A stretch of 64,000 nt of DNA, taken from IMG/VR virus record IMGVR_UViG_3300021959_006017, positions 124,001 to 188,000 of that record; one strand, 5' to 3'. Under the pieces are notes generated by a model that was not told where the DNA came from, made no database searches, and saw only the letters and a program-made list of their open reading frames with translations. This document shows, one piece after another, positions 1 to 9,241 of this stretch. A program made the position numbers and the translations under genes. Position 1 is the first letter of the stretch, and every line of letters starts with the position of its first letter.

Positions 1-71
1 CAGACGAAGCAAAACTATGCTTTGACTTTGCTACAAGATTATTTCAAGAGATGGCAGGATTAACAGAATGA
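1..71 (+). CDS. C-terminal end of a probable heme oxygenase (partial, runs off the window start)
   Basis: Frame from nt 3 reads DEAKLCFDFATRLFQEMAGLTE*, like the last helix of heme oxygenases (EA..AF.F...LF.E). Its stop overlaps the next ATG (ATGA, 68-71), and the next gene is a bilin reductase. Confidence 0.65.
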   Translation, partial: DEAKLCFDFATRLFQEMAGLTE

Positions 72-760
72 GTGTTATCTGGGATAGACTTATAGAATGT
101 CAAAATGAAATCATAAATATTTTTAATGAAAAGGCAAAAGAAGTACAAGAAGACGGTCTTGATTATTTTAACCGTCCAGATAGCGGTTGGATTAATCGTG
201 TTTGGTCCAACGATAGTATCAGACGTGCTCACATCGATGTAGTTGACGCTAGAGATACAAAGGGTTTATGGATGATGCATGTATGCATATTTCCAACACT
301 TGACAATCCTGCACCTATATACGGTTTCGATGTAATCGCAGGCAAGAACAAGATGACTGGTGCGTTCCATGACTTTTCACCAAGTGCTGATCCTGACCAC
401 CCTATGATACAAGGTTACTACGAAAGCGTAGAAGACTTTATTCCTAAGAAGCAACGTGAACTGCCTGAGTGGGCTCGCAACATCTTTACAGATAAAATGC
501 TTGCCGCAGGAAATGTAACCACAGAAGAAGAAGCAGTTGCTATTATTGAGATTGCTCTAAACAATCTTCATGCTTATTTTGATGAAGTAGGTCTTACTGA
601 TAAAGAAGGTGATCCGACTATTGTCGCTGCATGTCAAGACTATTACTGTCACAATCAGCAACAGAATCCACACACTCCTAATGTTATGAAAAGTCTAGGG
701 CTTCCTGAAGAAGATGTAGACAAGTTCTGCACAGACATGCTGTTTCCTAAACTAGCATAA
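68..760 (+). CDS. pcyX: Ferredoxin-dependent bilin reductase, PcyA/PcyX type
   Basis: Motifs RRAHIDVVD, LWMMHVCIFP, PIYGFDVIAG, GAFHDFSP, RELPEWA.IF and Q.QNPHTP.VM.SLGL are typical of the PcyA/PcyX group. Confidence 0.85.
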   Translation: MSVIWDRLIECQNEIINIFNEKAKEVQEDGLDYFNRPDSGWINRVWSNDSIRRAHIDVVDARDTKGLWMMHVCIFPTLDNPAPIYGFDVIAGKNKMTGAFHDFSPSADPDHPMIQGYYESVEDFIPKKQRELPEWARNIFTDKMLAAGNVTTEEEAVAIIEIALNNLHAYFDEVGLTDKEGDPTIVAACQDYYCHNQQQNPHTPNVMKSLGLPEEDVDKFCTDMLFPKLA

Positions 761-763
761 ATA
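758..763 (+). promoter_or_regulatory. Late-type promoter motif TAAATA
   Basis: TAAATA in the short gap before the 784 ORF; the motif recurs before most structural genes and resembles T4 late TATAAATA. Confidence 0.55.
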
Positions 764-783
764 CAACATAATAGGAAACCCAC

Positions 784-2418
784 ATGAGATTTGCTGACTT
801 TAAACTTGTAGAAACAAAAATGCTCAAAGAAGAAGCACTGCCTAGTAATGTTATGGCTGCTAAAGAAATGGGCAAAACAAACCCAGCAGGCGATAGAAAA
901 TATGTTATTGCTATCGCAAAAAGCATGAGAGCTAATAAGCCTTTTGCATTTGTTCCACAAGGTAAAACAGTAAAAGCCAAAGAAGGTACTTTTGGTATTA
1001 TTGATAAGATCACTTACAATGGCGCAGAAATGAGTAGCGAAGAATGGGAAACATGGGCAAACAATCCTAAGACAGATGTAGCAGAGATTGTTAAAACTAC
1101 TTTTACTGTTGACGGCGAAGAATATGCTCTTAACAAAATGTGGAAAACAGAAGCAGCAACAGGTGCTATGAGCATTAACAAAGGTGATGCTGCTGAGGCT
1201 ATTCTTGGCGCAAGTATTACAGCAAAGTTTGACAAAGGCGGAAAGCCTATTAAGCCAGTTGACATTGTAAACGTTCTTAAGAACGTTGTTTCACAAGGCA
1301 CAATAGATGGTGAAACTAACTATGAAACCGCAGGCATTGAAGATGATAATTATTTGTTCAAACTAACACTTAATGCTACTTCAATGAAATCATTGAGAAT
1401 GTGGATTGAAGAAGACGATCCAATGGCTGCTCCAAAAGGATTTAAGATTGTTGATGAAGGTGTTGAAGCACAAACTATCAAAGACCTGCAGATGCAAATC
1501 AAAGCAGCAGTAGAATATGCTAATAGAAATGAACGTTGTATTACAGCAGTTGAAAAAGCAAAAGCAGATCCTAAAAAGAACCAAGTTCAAATCCTAAGTG
1601 ACGGCGGCGATGCTACACAGCAAAGTGTAACTAAAGTTGACCTTAAGATCACATATGACGGACAAGTAACTAGACTACTGAGTCTTAAAGCAGGAAGTGT
1701 TAAGCAGTTTGGACAACTAAGTGGTGCTGAATATGAAACCGCAGCAGGCTTCTTTGAAAGTGTTCTTAAGTTTAGATTGCCCGACAAACTAGCAACTACA
1801 TTTGGATTTAAGCCTAGCACAGATCCTGACTACAAAGACTACAACTACGGTAAAGGACCTTTTGAAAAACTATACAGTGAAATGGCTAAACAAGCCACGG
1901 AGTATACAAAGGGTGACAATACGAAAAAAGAATACAAACTAGTACAAAATGTTTATGATGGTATTAACTATCATGCTACTAGAGAAGAAGAAGGTGTAAC
2001 AATGGTTATTCTTTCTCCTAGTGCAAAAGTTGCATACAAAGAACTTGCATTTGACTCAAGATTACTAGCAGCACTAGAACTTTACGATCTACAGGTTATT
2101 AACGAACCTGGACTATCTAATCACAGAATCAGTATTGTAGGAACTTTACTAGGTGAAAAAGCAGAATATGCTCTTGGCAAAGATGGCAAGATGAAAATAC
2201 CTAGCAAGAACGTTCTTGTCCAGCTAAGAACTGCAAAGTCGGGCGGCGCTATTCGTAACCTAGTTGAGATGGGTCCACTATTAAAAGATCTAGCTGACAT
2301 TGAAAAACTAGACAAAGCAGAAGCAGAGCGTAAAAAAGTACAGCAAGAACAGCCTAAAGAAAAGCCAGCTGCTACAGAAAAACCACAACCTGCTAACGAT
2401 CCAAACGCTACCATTTAA
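784..2418 (+). CDS. Hypothetical 544-aa protein, possibly a packaged internal protein with a PD-(D/E)XK-like motif
   Basis: Long ORF with AGGA RBS after TAAATA; contains TKVDLKI...LLSLKAG. Confidence 0.5.
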   Translation: MRFADFKLVETKMLKEEALPSNVMAAKEMGKTNPAGDRKYVIAIAKSMRANKPFAFVPQGKTVKAKEGTFGIIDKITYNGAEMSSEEWETWANNPKTDVAEIVKTTFTVDGEEYALNKMWKTEAATGAMSINKGDAAEAILGASITAKFDKGGKPIKPVDIVNVLKNVVSQGTIDGETNYETAGIEDDNYLFKLTLNATSMKSLRMWIEEDDPMAAPKGFKIVDEGVEAQTIKDLQMQIKAAVEYANRNERCITAVEKAKADPKKNQVQILSDGGDATQQSVTKVDLKITYDGQVTRLLSLKAGSVKQFGQLSGAEYETAAGFFESVLKFRLPDKLATTFGFKPSTDPDYKDYNYGKGPFEKLYSEMAKQATEYTKGDNTKKEYKLVQNVYDGINYHATREEEGVTMVILSPSAKVAYKELAFDSRLLAALELYDLQVINEPGLSNHRISIVGTLLGEKAEYALGKDGKMKIPSKNVLVQLRTAKSGGAIRNLVEMGPLLKDLADIEKLDKAEAERKKVQQEQPKEKPAATEKPQPANDPNATI

Positions 2419-2446
2419 CTAGCACAAAATTCACACATTAATCACA

Positions 2447-2452
2447 TAAATA
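2447..2452 (+). promoter_or_regulatory. Late-type promoter motif TAAATA upstream of the curli-like operon
   Basis: TAAATA followed by a GGAGGG RBS and the ATG at 2471. Confidence 0.55.
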
Positions 2453-2470
2453 CATGTGGAGGGCATCCAC

Positions 2471-2953
2471 ATGAAAAATAGAATAATACTTGCTACAGCT
2501 CTAGCAATCGCTGCAATGAGTGGTGCAGCAGCCGGTGACTTGACTTGGGGCTTTAAAAACCCAGCATTTCATTATGGCAACGGATACAGTACCCATGTGT
2601 TATCCGTTGAGCAATTACAGTATAATCGTAAAAAAGAAATACAAGAAAACGCAGATGCAGAAGCTGCACGACTAGAGCGCGAACTAGAAAACACAACACT
2701 CAACAAGTTTATAAAGAACGTAGAATCTCGTATATATGCACAGCTATCAAAACAGATGGTCGACAGTATGTTTGCAGATTGTACAGATGATACAGGTGCA
2801 ACATGTGCAAGCGCAGGTACAGCAGAAATAGAAGGGTCACAGATTACTTGGCTCAAAGATACTACAACTGGTGAAATTACACTTGAAGTAATAGAAAGCG
2901 ATGGTAGTGTAACAACTATTACAATCCCAGGCGGCGGGGAGTTTAACTTCTAA
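2471..2953 (+). CDS. csgF: Curli assembly protein CsgF-like
   Basis: Signal peptide, then L.WGFKNPAF.GNG and F..NVESRIYAQLSKQ, characteristic of CsgF; directly upstream of csgG. Start placed at the ATG after GGAGGG. Confidence 0.8.
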   Translation: MKNRIILATALAIAAMSGAAAGDLTWGFKNPAFHYGNGYSTHVLSVEQLQYNRKKEIQENADAEAARLERELENTTLNKFIKNVESRIYAQLSKQMVDSMFADCTDDTGATCASAGTAEIEGSQITWLKDTTTGEITLEVIESDGSVTTITIPGGGEFNF

Positions 2954-3747
2954 TGAAACTATTAGCAGTATTATTATCTCTAGCACTAATGACAGGTTGC
3001 ACAAGTATTCCTAGTTCAGTAGAAATAGGCAATCCGCCTAGTGTACAATCATCACCTATACCTATGATGATGAGTGCAGTGCCACCTATTGATGGCAAAA
3101 AGATTACAATCGCAGTTTATCAGTTTATGGATAAAACTGGACAGCGTAAACCAGCAGACAACATTGCTAACTTGAGCAGTGCAGTAACCCAAGGCAGTGA
3201 AGTATGGGTTATTAAAGCACTACAAGAAGTAGGCAACGGAACTTGGTTTGAAGTTGTTGAACGTGTTGGAATGGATCACCTTATTAAAGAACGTCAGTTG
3301 ATTCGCAACACAAGAGAAGTATATGAAAAAGAATTACCGAATGGGCCTACACCTCTTAAACCTATGACATTTGCCGGACTAATCCTCGAGGGCGGAATAG
3401 TCGGGTATGATTCAAACATAGCGGTTGGAGGTGTAGGCGCACGTTATTTGGGAATAGGCGCACAAACAGAGTACAGAGTAGACACAGTTACTATTGTTAT
3501 GCGCTTAGTGAGCGTTAGTACAGGGAAAGTGCTAATGAGTATAGCAACCGAAAAGACAATCGCAAGCTATAGGTCCGGAGCGGACATCTTCAAGTTCTTG
3601 GACTTGGGGACAAAACTCGTTGAATCTGAAGCAGGATACAGCGTAAACGAACCAGTAAACTATGCTGTGAGGGCAGCTATTGAAGCAGGTATAGTTGAAT
3701 TGGTGTACGAAGGAGAAAGGAAGGATCTCTGGGACTTTAAAGAATGA
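2953..3747 (+). CDS. csgG: Curli secretion channel lipoprotein CsgG
   Basis: Lipobox LMTGC; IAVYQFMDKTGQRKP, SSAVTQG, WFEVVER.G..L.KERQLIR, EGGIVGYDSN, NEPV. Confidence 0.92.
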   Translation: MKLLAVLLSLALMTGCTSIPSSVEIGNPPSVQSSPIPMMMSAVPPIDGKKITIAVYQFMDKTGQRKPADNIANLSSAVTQGSEVWVIKALQEVGNGTWFEVVERVGMDHLIKERQLIRNTREVYEKELPNGPTPLKPMTFAGLILEGGIVGYDSNIAVGGVGARYLGIGAQTEYRVDTVTIVMRLVSVSTGKVLMSIATEKTIASYRSGADIFKFLDLGTKLVESEAGYSVNEPVNYAVRAAIEAGIVELVYEGERKDLWDFKE

Positions 3748-3757
3748 GGGCAAATAA

Positions 3758-4504
3758 ATGTTTAAAAGACTACTTTATATAGTCTTGTTCTCCTTTGCGA
3801 TATCTCCAGCTCTGGCTAATGACATTTACATTGAACAAGTAGGTGATACACTAGACTTAGATATTGTACAAGACGGGCAAGGCAACGTCATAGGTACTTC
3901 CACACAGGCAGCAGTGCTTGAAGGAAGTGGTATGACTTTTTCTATCACACAGACAGGAAACTTTAACACAATCGCAGCACAAATCAAAGGTGTAAACTAC
4001 ACTGGTACTTGGGACTTCTCAGGTGACTCGAACACAGTGGACATGCTTTGTGACAGTGTCGGAGGTGTAAACTGTGACGATGTACAAGTTGATATTACTG
4101 TAGGCGGAACAAACCTAAGTGATTCAAATGAGTTTAAGGTTTATGTTGGCGAATCTGCTGACGCTGAAAACTTAGTTGCAAACTTTACAGTTGACGGTGA
4201 CGGCAACGTGTTTGATGTAGATGTAGACGGTACTAATGCAGCTATTACTGTAACCGTTGACAATACAGCAAGCCTTGCATCAGGACCAGGCACAGATAAC
4301 ACACTCACAGGTGCTACAGGTACAACTGGTAATGTTATTGACATTGACGTAGATGGCAACGGATCAGCAGGTCACAGTATTACACTTGACATAACTGGCG
4401 GCGGAAGCAACTATGCAATAACACAAAGTGGCATCAATGACAATACTGTAGATGCTACATTTGATGGTGACGATCAGTCAGTGAATATTACACAAAGCGA
4501 TTGA
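3758..4504 (+). CDS. Secreted curlin-like beta-repeat protein
   Basis: Signal peptide; repeated I.Q.G..N units (IYIEQVGD, IVQDGQGN, ITQTGNFN, ITQSGINDN); follows csgG. Confidence 0.7.
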   Translation: MFKRLLYIVLFSFAISPALANDIYIEQVGDTLDLDIVQDGQGNVIGTSTQAAVLEGSGMTFSITQTGNFNTIAAQIKGVNYTGTWDFSGDSNTVDMLCDSVGGVNCDDVQVDITVGGTNLSDSNEFKVYVGESADAENLVANFTVDGDGNVFDVDVDGTNAAITVTVDNTASLASGPGTDNTLTGATGTTGNVIDIDVDGNGSAGHSITLDITGGGSNYAITQSGINDNTVDATFDGDDQSVNITQSD

Positions 4505-4505
4505 T

Positions 4506-5633
4506 ATGTTAAAACATTTAGTTATTTTATTATCTTTACTCACACTGCCTTCTGGAGCATTTGCTTCTGCAGGGGCCATTGGCGAACTTAAAGGTTCTGG
4601 TGTACTAGAGAGAGATAATGAAGTAATTGAGGGCAACAAAGGCGTCAGTGTCCAAAGTATGGATACTGCCGTCACAGCCAACGGAAGGATGAGGATTGAT
4701 TTTGTTGATGAAACGAGGGTAGATTTAACAGAGCATTCTCGCTTGTTGATTGACGAGTTTGTATACGATCCTGCAAATGATGTTGGCACACTTTCGATCA
4801 AGGCAAGTCTGGGAGGAGTGCGTTATGCTTCAGGGCAAATAGCAAAACGTTATCGCCAGAATGTTAAGATCAAAACACCATCTGCTACAATCGGAGTTAG
4901 AGGAACCGATTTTATTATGTTAGTAGATGAGGCGGGGGGAACAATGGTTACACTACTTCCTTCTTGTGACGTAGATGGGTACTGTTACACAGGAGAAATA
5001 GAAGTAGAAACCGACGCTGGTTTCGTTATCATGAACCAAGCCTTCCAATCAACCATGGTCACACACGGCATGCGACCTCCGTCTCCTCCTCTTGTATTAC
5101 CGCTTAGTGAAAGCGACATCAACAACTTGCTAATACTACGTAAGAAAACTCCTTATGATGAGGAAGAAGATGAAATACGTAGGAAGGCAAAACAGATGTT
5201 TGATTTCTTAGCTATAGACGCACTAGAGTTTGACGAACTAGATAAAGATACACTCGCAGATTCGATCAAAGATATTTGGGTAACAGACTTAGATAGAGGA
5301 GCAGACTATTATTTAGGCGAACTACTACACGATATGATTGATTTGCTTAATCTAGCTCTTGCAGATTTATTTAGAGATCAACTCGACACAGAAAACGAAG
5401 AACTATTTAGACAAAGAGAATACGGATACGATGAAACTACACGTATTACCCTTAACTATTCACAACCTATATTCCACGTACAGCGTAATGACGTAGGAAT
5501 GTATCATACTATTGATCTTAAACTAAACGATCAATACGGCTACACTATTAACATGGAGCAACAGGATGGCGCAGTATACGACTATATGCTGGGCGTTGGT
5601 AGCAACACTATCGATATTACCCAACGTCAGTAA
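4506..5633 (+). CDS. FecR-domain periplasmic protein
   Basis: Signal peptide; D...T.NGR..I.F.DET.V.L.EHS.L and IKTPSATIGVRGTDF are FecR-domain signatures. Confidence 0.85.
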   Translation: MLKHLVILLSLLTLPSGAFASAGAIGELKGSGVLERDNEVIEGNKGVSVQSMDTAVTANGRMRIDFVDETRVDLTEHSRLLIDEFVYDPANDVGTLSIKASLGGVRYASGQIAKRYRQNVKIKTPSATIGVRGTDFIMLVDEAGGTMVTLLPSCDVDGYCYTGEIEVETDAGFVIMNQAFQSTMVTHGMRPPSPPLVLPLSESDINNLLILRKKTPYDEEEDEIRRKAKQMFDFLAIDALEFDELDKDTLADSIKDIWVTDLDRGADYYLGELLHDMIDLLNLALADLFRDQLDTENEELFRQREYGYDETTRITLNYSQPIFHVQRNDVGMYHTIDLKLNDQYGYTINMEQQDGAVYDYMLGVGSNTIDITQRQ

Positions 5634-6252
5634 TGCTAATGACTTATACATCGACCAAGTTGGCGACGATTTCACTTTGGAAATACAACAGCGCAGCCAA
5701 AACAACTATATTAACTTAAACAGTACAGGCGACGGCAACAACGTTACTGTACGCCAAGGTATGCACGATGACGGTACAATAGATGATGACGAAACAGGCG
5801 GGCACGAAGCATACTGGACTGTAACAGGAAATAACAATACAGTTGGCAGTTATCAAACTGACACTAACAGAGGCGGAGGAGGAGGCAATCCGCATCATCT
5901 TGCTAATATTATTGACGGGGATGGCAATACAGTAGAACACATACAAATGGGCAAGGCAGGACACGATGGCTTTATAGAAATAACAGGCGATTCTAACACA
6001 GTAGATTTATATCAAAGAGGCAATGGCGGTGTCAAATGGGCAGACATTGTATTAACAGGCGACGGGCACACAGTAGATGTTGATCAGAGAGGAAGCAACT
6101 CAGCAAGTGCTGAATTAAATTTAACAAACTCAGGGGGTGCATACAACTACACCCTATCTCAAAATGTTACCACAAGCGCAGATAGTATTAGTGTATTCGG
6201 TTCTTGTGCTAACACATCTGGTTGTACGGTTACAGTTAATCGCAACAACTAA
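5566..6252 (+). CDS. Second secreted curlin-like repeat protein
   Basis: Signal peptide; ANDLYIDQVGD start shared with the 3758 ORF; many G..N.V...Q repeats. Confidence 0.7.
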   Translation: MAQYTTICWALVATLSILPNVSNANDLYIDQVGDDFTLEIQQRSQNNYINLNSTGDGNNVTVRQGMHDDGTIDDDETGGHEAYWTVTGNNNTVGSYQTDTNRGGGGGNPHHLANIIDGDGNTVEHIQMGKAGHDGFIEITGDSNTVDLYQRGNGGVKWADIVLTGDGHTVDVDQRGSNSASAELNLTNSGGAYNYTLSQNVTTSADSISVFGSCANTSGCTVTVNRNN

Positions 6253-6278
6253 AAAATATATTTTTGGAGGGCAAAAAA

Positions 6279-6683
6279 ATGAAATATATTCTTACAGTCA
6301 TAGCTCTGATGGTGGCAAGCACCGCATGGGCAAACCCAAACAACGAAGCGATGAAGTCTTGTTTGGCAGAATACAAATACACATCAGATCAGTTTGACAC
6401 ATTTGATTGGAACAAAGCAGCAGCTTGCCATTCAGATTATCGTGTAGGCGTTACCCAAGCAAAGAATGCAGAACTACGTGATTTCCTAAAGCACAACCCA
6501 CGCTATAGAGTGCCAGGACAAAGTCAGAATCGTTGTTGGGGCAAGCCACGTGAAATGCCGTTTGAAAGTGCATACATCAAACAAACACAAGGCGGCTTTG
6601 AAGCAGGTGTAAGTTACAAAGATAAACTACCAGCAGGTTGTTATGAAAATGGACCATGGGATAATCGCGATGTGGAAAACTAG
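6279..6683 (+). CDS. Secreted hypothetical protein (4 Cys)
   Basis: GGAGGG RBS; signal peptide MKYILTVIALMVASTAWA. Confidence 0.6.
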   Translation: MKYILTVIALMVASTAWANPNNEAMKSCLAEYKYTSDQFDTFDWNKAAACHSDYRVGVTQAKNAELRDFLKHNPRYRVPGQSQNRCWGKPREMPFESAYIKQTQGGFEAGVSYKDKLPAGCYENGPWDNRDVEN

Positions 6684-6828
6684 TATTGTAATGGTGACTT
6701 TCCTTTTCCTAATGCTTTATGGCATGTTTGCATATAGCGGCTCAAGTCAGAGGTATTGGGAAAATGTTGGTCCGACATGGGATAAAATGCTAAATCCTTG
6801 TAGTTACGAAGCATGTAACGGCGATTAA
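6643..6828 (+). CDS. Small membrane-anchored hypothetical protein (start uncertain)
   Basis: ORF with one hydrophobic segment filling the gap. Confidence 0.4.
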   Translation: MKMDHGIIAMWKTSIVMVTFLFLMLYGMFAYSGSSQRYWENVGPTWDKMLNPCSYEACNGD

Positions 6829-6858
6829 CACATACTATAATCTGTACAAAAATTACAT

Positions 6859-6913
6859 TAAATATTAATGTAGCAGAGCGTGAGGGCGTTCTATTACAAG
6901 CGAGGGTAACAAC
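6859..6913 (+). promoter_or_regulatory. TAAATA promoter plus structured 5' leader of the autotransporter-like gene
   Basis: TAAATA at 6859-6864; hairpin TGTAGCAGAGCG/CGTTCTATTACA with TGAGGG loop; GAGGG RBS at 6902-6906. Confidence 0.55.
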
Positions 6914-8812
6914 ATGAAAAGAAAACTTCTAGCAGGGGCCGTTCTGGCCGCTCTACTTTCTACAACGGCACTAGCCGACACATCAAGTATGAACGGCAGT
7001 GTAGCCGGAATGGGCATACTTGAAAACGATTATGTTCGTGCAGGAGTAAATGGCACAGCAGGTACATTTGGTAGCGGAGGCGGAACACGCCCGGGACTAC
7101 AATACGATAGCACAGGCACAGGGACATTTCCAGCAGATAGCGCACAAGGTGATTATCTAACACCAGGATCACCATTTGATGGATTCAGTGTTATGGTAGA
7201 TGGCACTAACTACGCAAACAACAACAGCAGCGGAAATGCTATTGATTATGATTCCAGCGGACTAACAGATGGCACAAACAGTTTAACGTGGCGCGGCAAT
7301 GTGCGAGGTATATTTGATATTACAAACACATACACGCTAGGAACTACAAGCGAGTACATTGATATTACATCAGCTATTACAATGGGTACAGCCGCTGATG
7401 ATGTTTGGTTCTCAAGACACATTGACCCAGATGCTATGCCAGAACCAGGGGACACAAGTGCCACAGACAACGTACTAGGCTACGGTGCTATTCCAGATTC
7501 AAATGTTGCGTTTTCAGAAGCAACTACAAGTCGTTATGCTCTAGGACTATATTCAACAGACTCAAACGTAGATGCTGGTATTACAGGATGGACGCAAGAT
7601 GCTGACAGTTATACTGAAAATGATTTTGATCCTTCATCAAATACAAACACAGGCGACAACACCATTGGACTAAGTTGGCACTGGACAAGTGTAGGTGTTG
7701 GTGATATTCTAACAGCAAGTTATGCATACATCTTTGGACCAAGTGCTTTTGATGCTGCTGACACTGCCGTCACAGGCGGAGCTGGAGGCGGAGCTGACAT
7801 TCTTACAGGCGACTTAGAAGATGTTGGTTCAGCTACTGATGCGGCAGAAGGTACATCTACACCTGTGATTACATACAGCGATCCTGTTGTAGACGCAGAC
7901 TTGCCAGTTCTTACACAAACACAAACAACACACGATGCAAGTGAGACTGCAACTGTACAAACTATTGACAGGGAAACTACAACTATTGTTACAACACCAA
8001 TGGAAATCATTACATACACAGACGGTGTTGAAACAGCAAGAACACCTACAGATAGTGTAGCAGTAACAACTGTAACAGATCCAGGTTCGTTCACAGGACG
8101 CATTGATCAAGTAGCAACTGCACAAGACGTTACAAGTTCTGCACTACGCACACTAAACTTTGATACAGTAAGTGGTGTAGGCATGAACAGCAAAATGAAC
8201 AATGGCATGGGCGGAAGTACAAAAGGTTTCCAAGCAGGTGCTAAGAAAGAACTAGAGAACGGTGCAACTGTTGGACTAGGTGGTGCAAGACTAACTAGCT
8301 CACTTGAAGGCAACGGCGATTCAATCGGTACAGACACAACTGCGGTTGCAGTTAGTGTTGAGCGTAACAATGTTGAACTAAGTGTTCGTCATGCAATGAG
8401 CGACTATGACATTTCACGTACAATCGGTGACTTTGCTAACACAGGCAAAACAAGTGGCACAGACACAGCAGTTAGCCTAATGTACTCACCAGAAGGCGAC
8501 AAAGTACGTCCAGTCATTGGTTACACAAGAGGCAAGCGTACAATGGATGGTTACACTGAAGAAGGTTCGATCCAAAGTGCAAGAACTGTTGCTGACTCAA
8601 GTGAAATGTACGGGTACGCAACTATAGGCGGAACTATTGATCTAGGTGCGCTAAATATTACAGCACTACATCACACAGATGGAGTTAATGATGTTATCGT
8701 AGGCGTTGAAAAAGAAACTGGTAAAGTTACATACAATCTTTCAGCACAGCGTTCAATGACAGACCTCGGAAACACTAACTCAGTGTTTGCTGGCATACAG
8801 ATAAAGTTCTAA
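6914..8812 (+). CDS. Autotransporter-like outer-membrane protein (acidic passenger plus C-terminal beta-barrel)
   Basis: Signal peptide; Thr/Asp/Gly-rich passenger; C-terminal amphipathic strands with RPVIGY...DGYTEEG; terminal Phe (GIQIKF). Confidence 0.7.
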   Translation: MKRKLLAGAVLAALLSTTALADTSSMNGSVAGMGILENDYVRAGVNGTAGTFGSGGGTRPGLQYDSTGTGTFPADSAQGDYLTPGSPFDGFSVMVDGTNYANNNSSGNAIDYDSSGLTDGTNSLTWRGNVRGIFDITNTYTLGTTSEYIDITSAITMGTAADDVWFSRHIDPDAMPEPGDTSATDNVLGYGAIPDSNVAFSEATTSRYALGLYSTDSNVDAGITGWTQDADSYTENDFDPSSNTNTGDNTIGLSWHWTSVGVGDILTASYAYIFGPSAFDAADTAVTGGAGGGADILTGDLEDVGSATDAAEGTSTPVITYSDPVVDADLPVLTQTQTTHDASETATVQTIDRETTTIVTTPMEIITYTDGVETARTPTDSVAVTTVTDPGSFTGRIDQVATAQDVTSSALRTLNFDTVSGVGMNSKMNNGMGGSTKGFQAGAKKELENGATVGLGGARLTSSLEGNGDSIGTDTTAVAVSVERNNVELSVRHAMSDYDISRTIGDFANTGKTSGTDTAVSLMYSPEGDKVRPVIGYTRGKRTMDGYTEEGSIQSARTVADSSEMYGYATIGGTIDLGALNITALHHTDGVNDVIVGVEKETGKVTYNLSAQRSMTDLGNTNSVFAGIQIKF

Positions 8813-8813
8813 T

Positions 8814-9143
8814 ATGGACGGAATAATAAGTCTAGGCCTTGCACTATCTTTACACCTCGGCTTCGAGGGTGAGTACAATAGTATTCACCCTCATTTGCGT
8901 TATACAACTGATAGTTATATAGCAGGGGCATACTACAACTCAGAAAGCAAAATAAGCCCATATGTAGGCAAACGATTTGAATATAACGACTTTGGTGTAG
9001 AACTAGGAGCAGTAGGCAACTATTCAGATGCTGATGTTGCACCATATATACGTGGTACTTACAAGCAGTTTTTTGTAGCACCAGGCATAGAAGGCGATAA
9101 CGTAGGAATCGTTTTAGGTATTGAGCTACCAATCGGCAACTAA
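8814..9143 (+). CDS. Small predicted beta-barrel outer-membrane protein
   Basis: Alternating aromatic/Gly beta-strand pattern (IAGAYYNSE, PYVGKRFE, FGVELGAV). Confidence 0.5.
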   Translation: MDGIISLGLALSLHLGFEGEYNSIHPHLRYTTDSYIAGAYYNSESKISPYVGKRFEYNDFGVELGAVGNYSDADVAPYIRGTYKQFFVAPGIEGDNVGIVLGIELPIGN

Positions 9144-9150
9144 ATATTAC

Positions 9151-9220
9151 TGAGGGCGGATGCTGATTGAGATATCATTGCGTTACCCTCGCTTGTTTCA
9201 AAAGTTAGCATTCGCTCTCA
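9151..9220 (+). ncRNA. Hairpin RNA with loop antisense to the RBS/start of the 6914 gene
   Basis: 16-bp stem 9151-9166/9205-9220 plus 8-bp inner stem; 9182-9196 is the exact reverse complement of 6896-6910; TAAATA at 9141-9146. Confidence 0.7.
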
Positions 9221-9241
9221 ACTTTCCCAGCTAAATACATT

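Noticed and set aside
2431-2446. TCACA-N6-TCACA upstream of csgF as a possible CRP site linking to the cyclase
   Set aside because: Direct rather than inverted half-sites (CRP needs TGTGA-N6-TCACA); too weak in AT-rich DNA.
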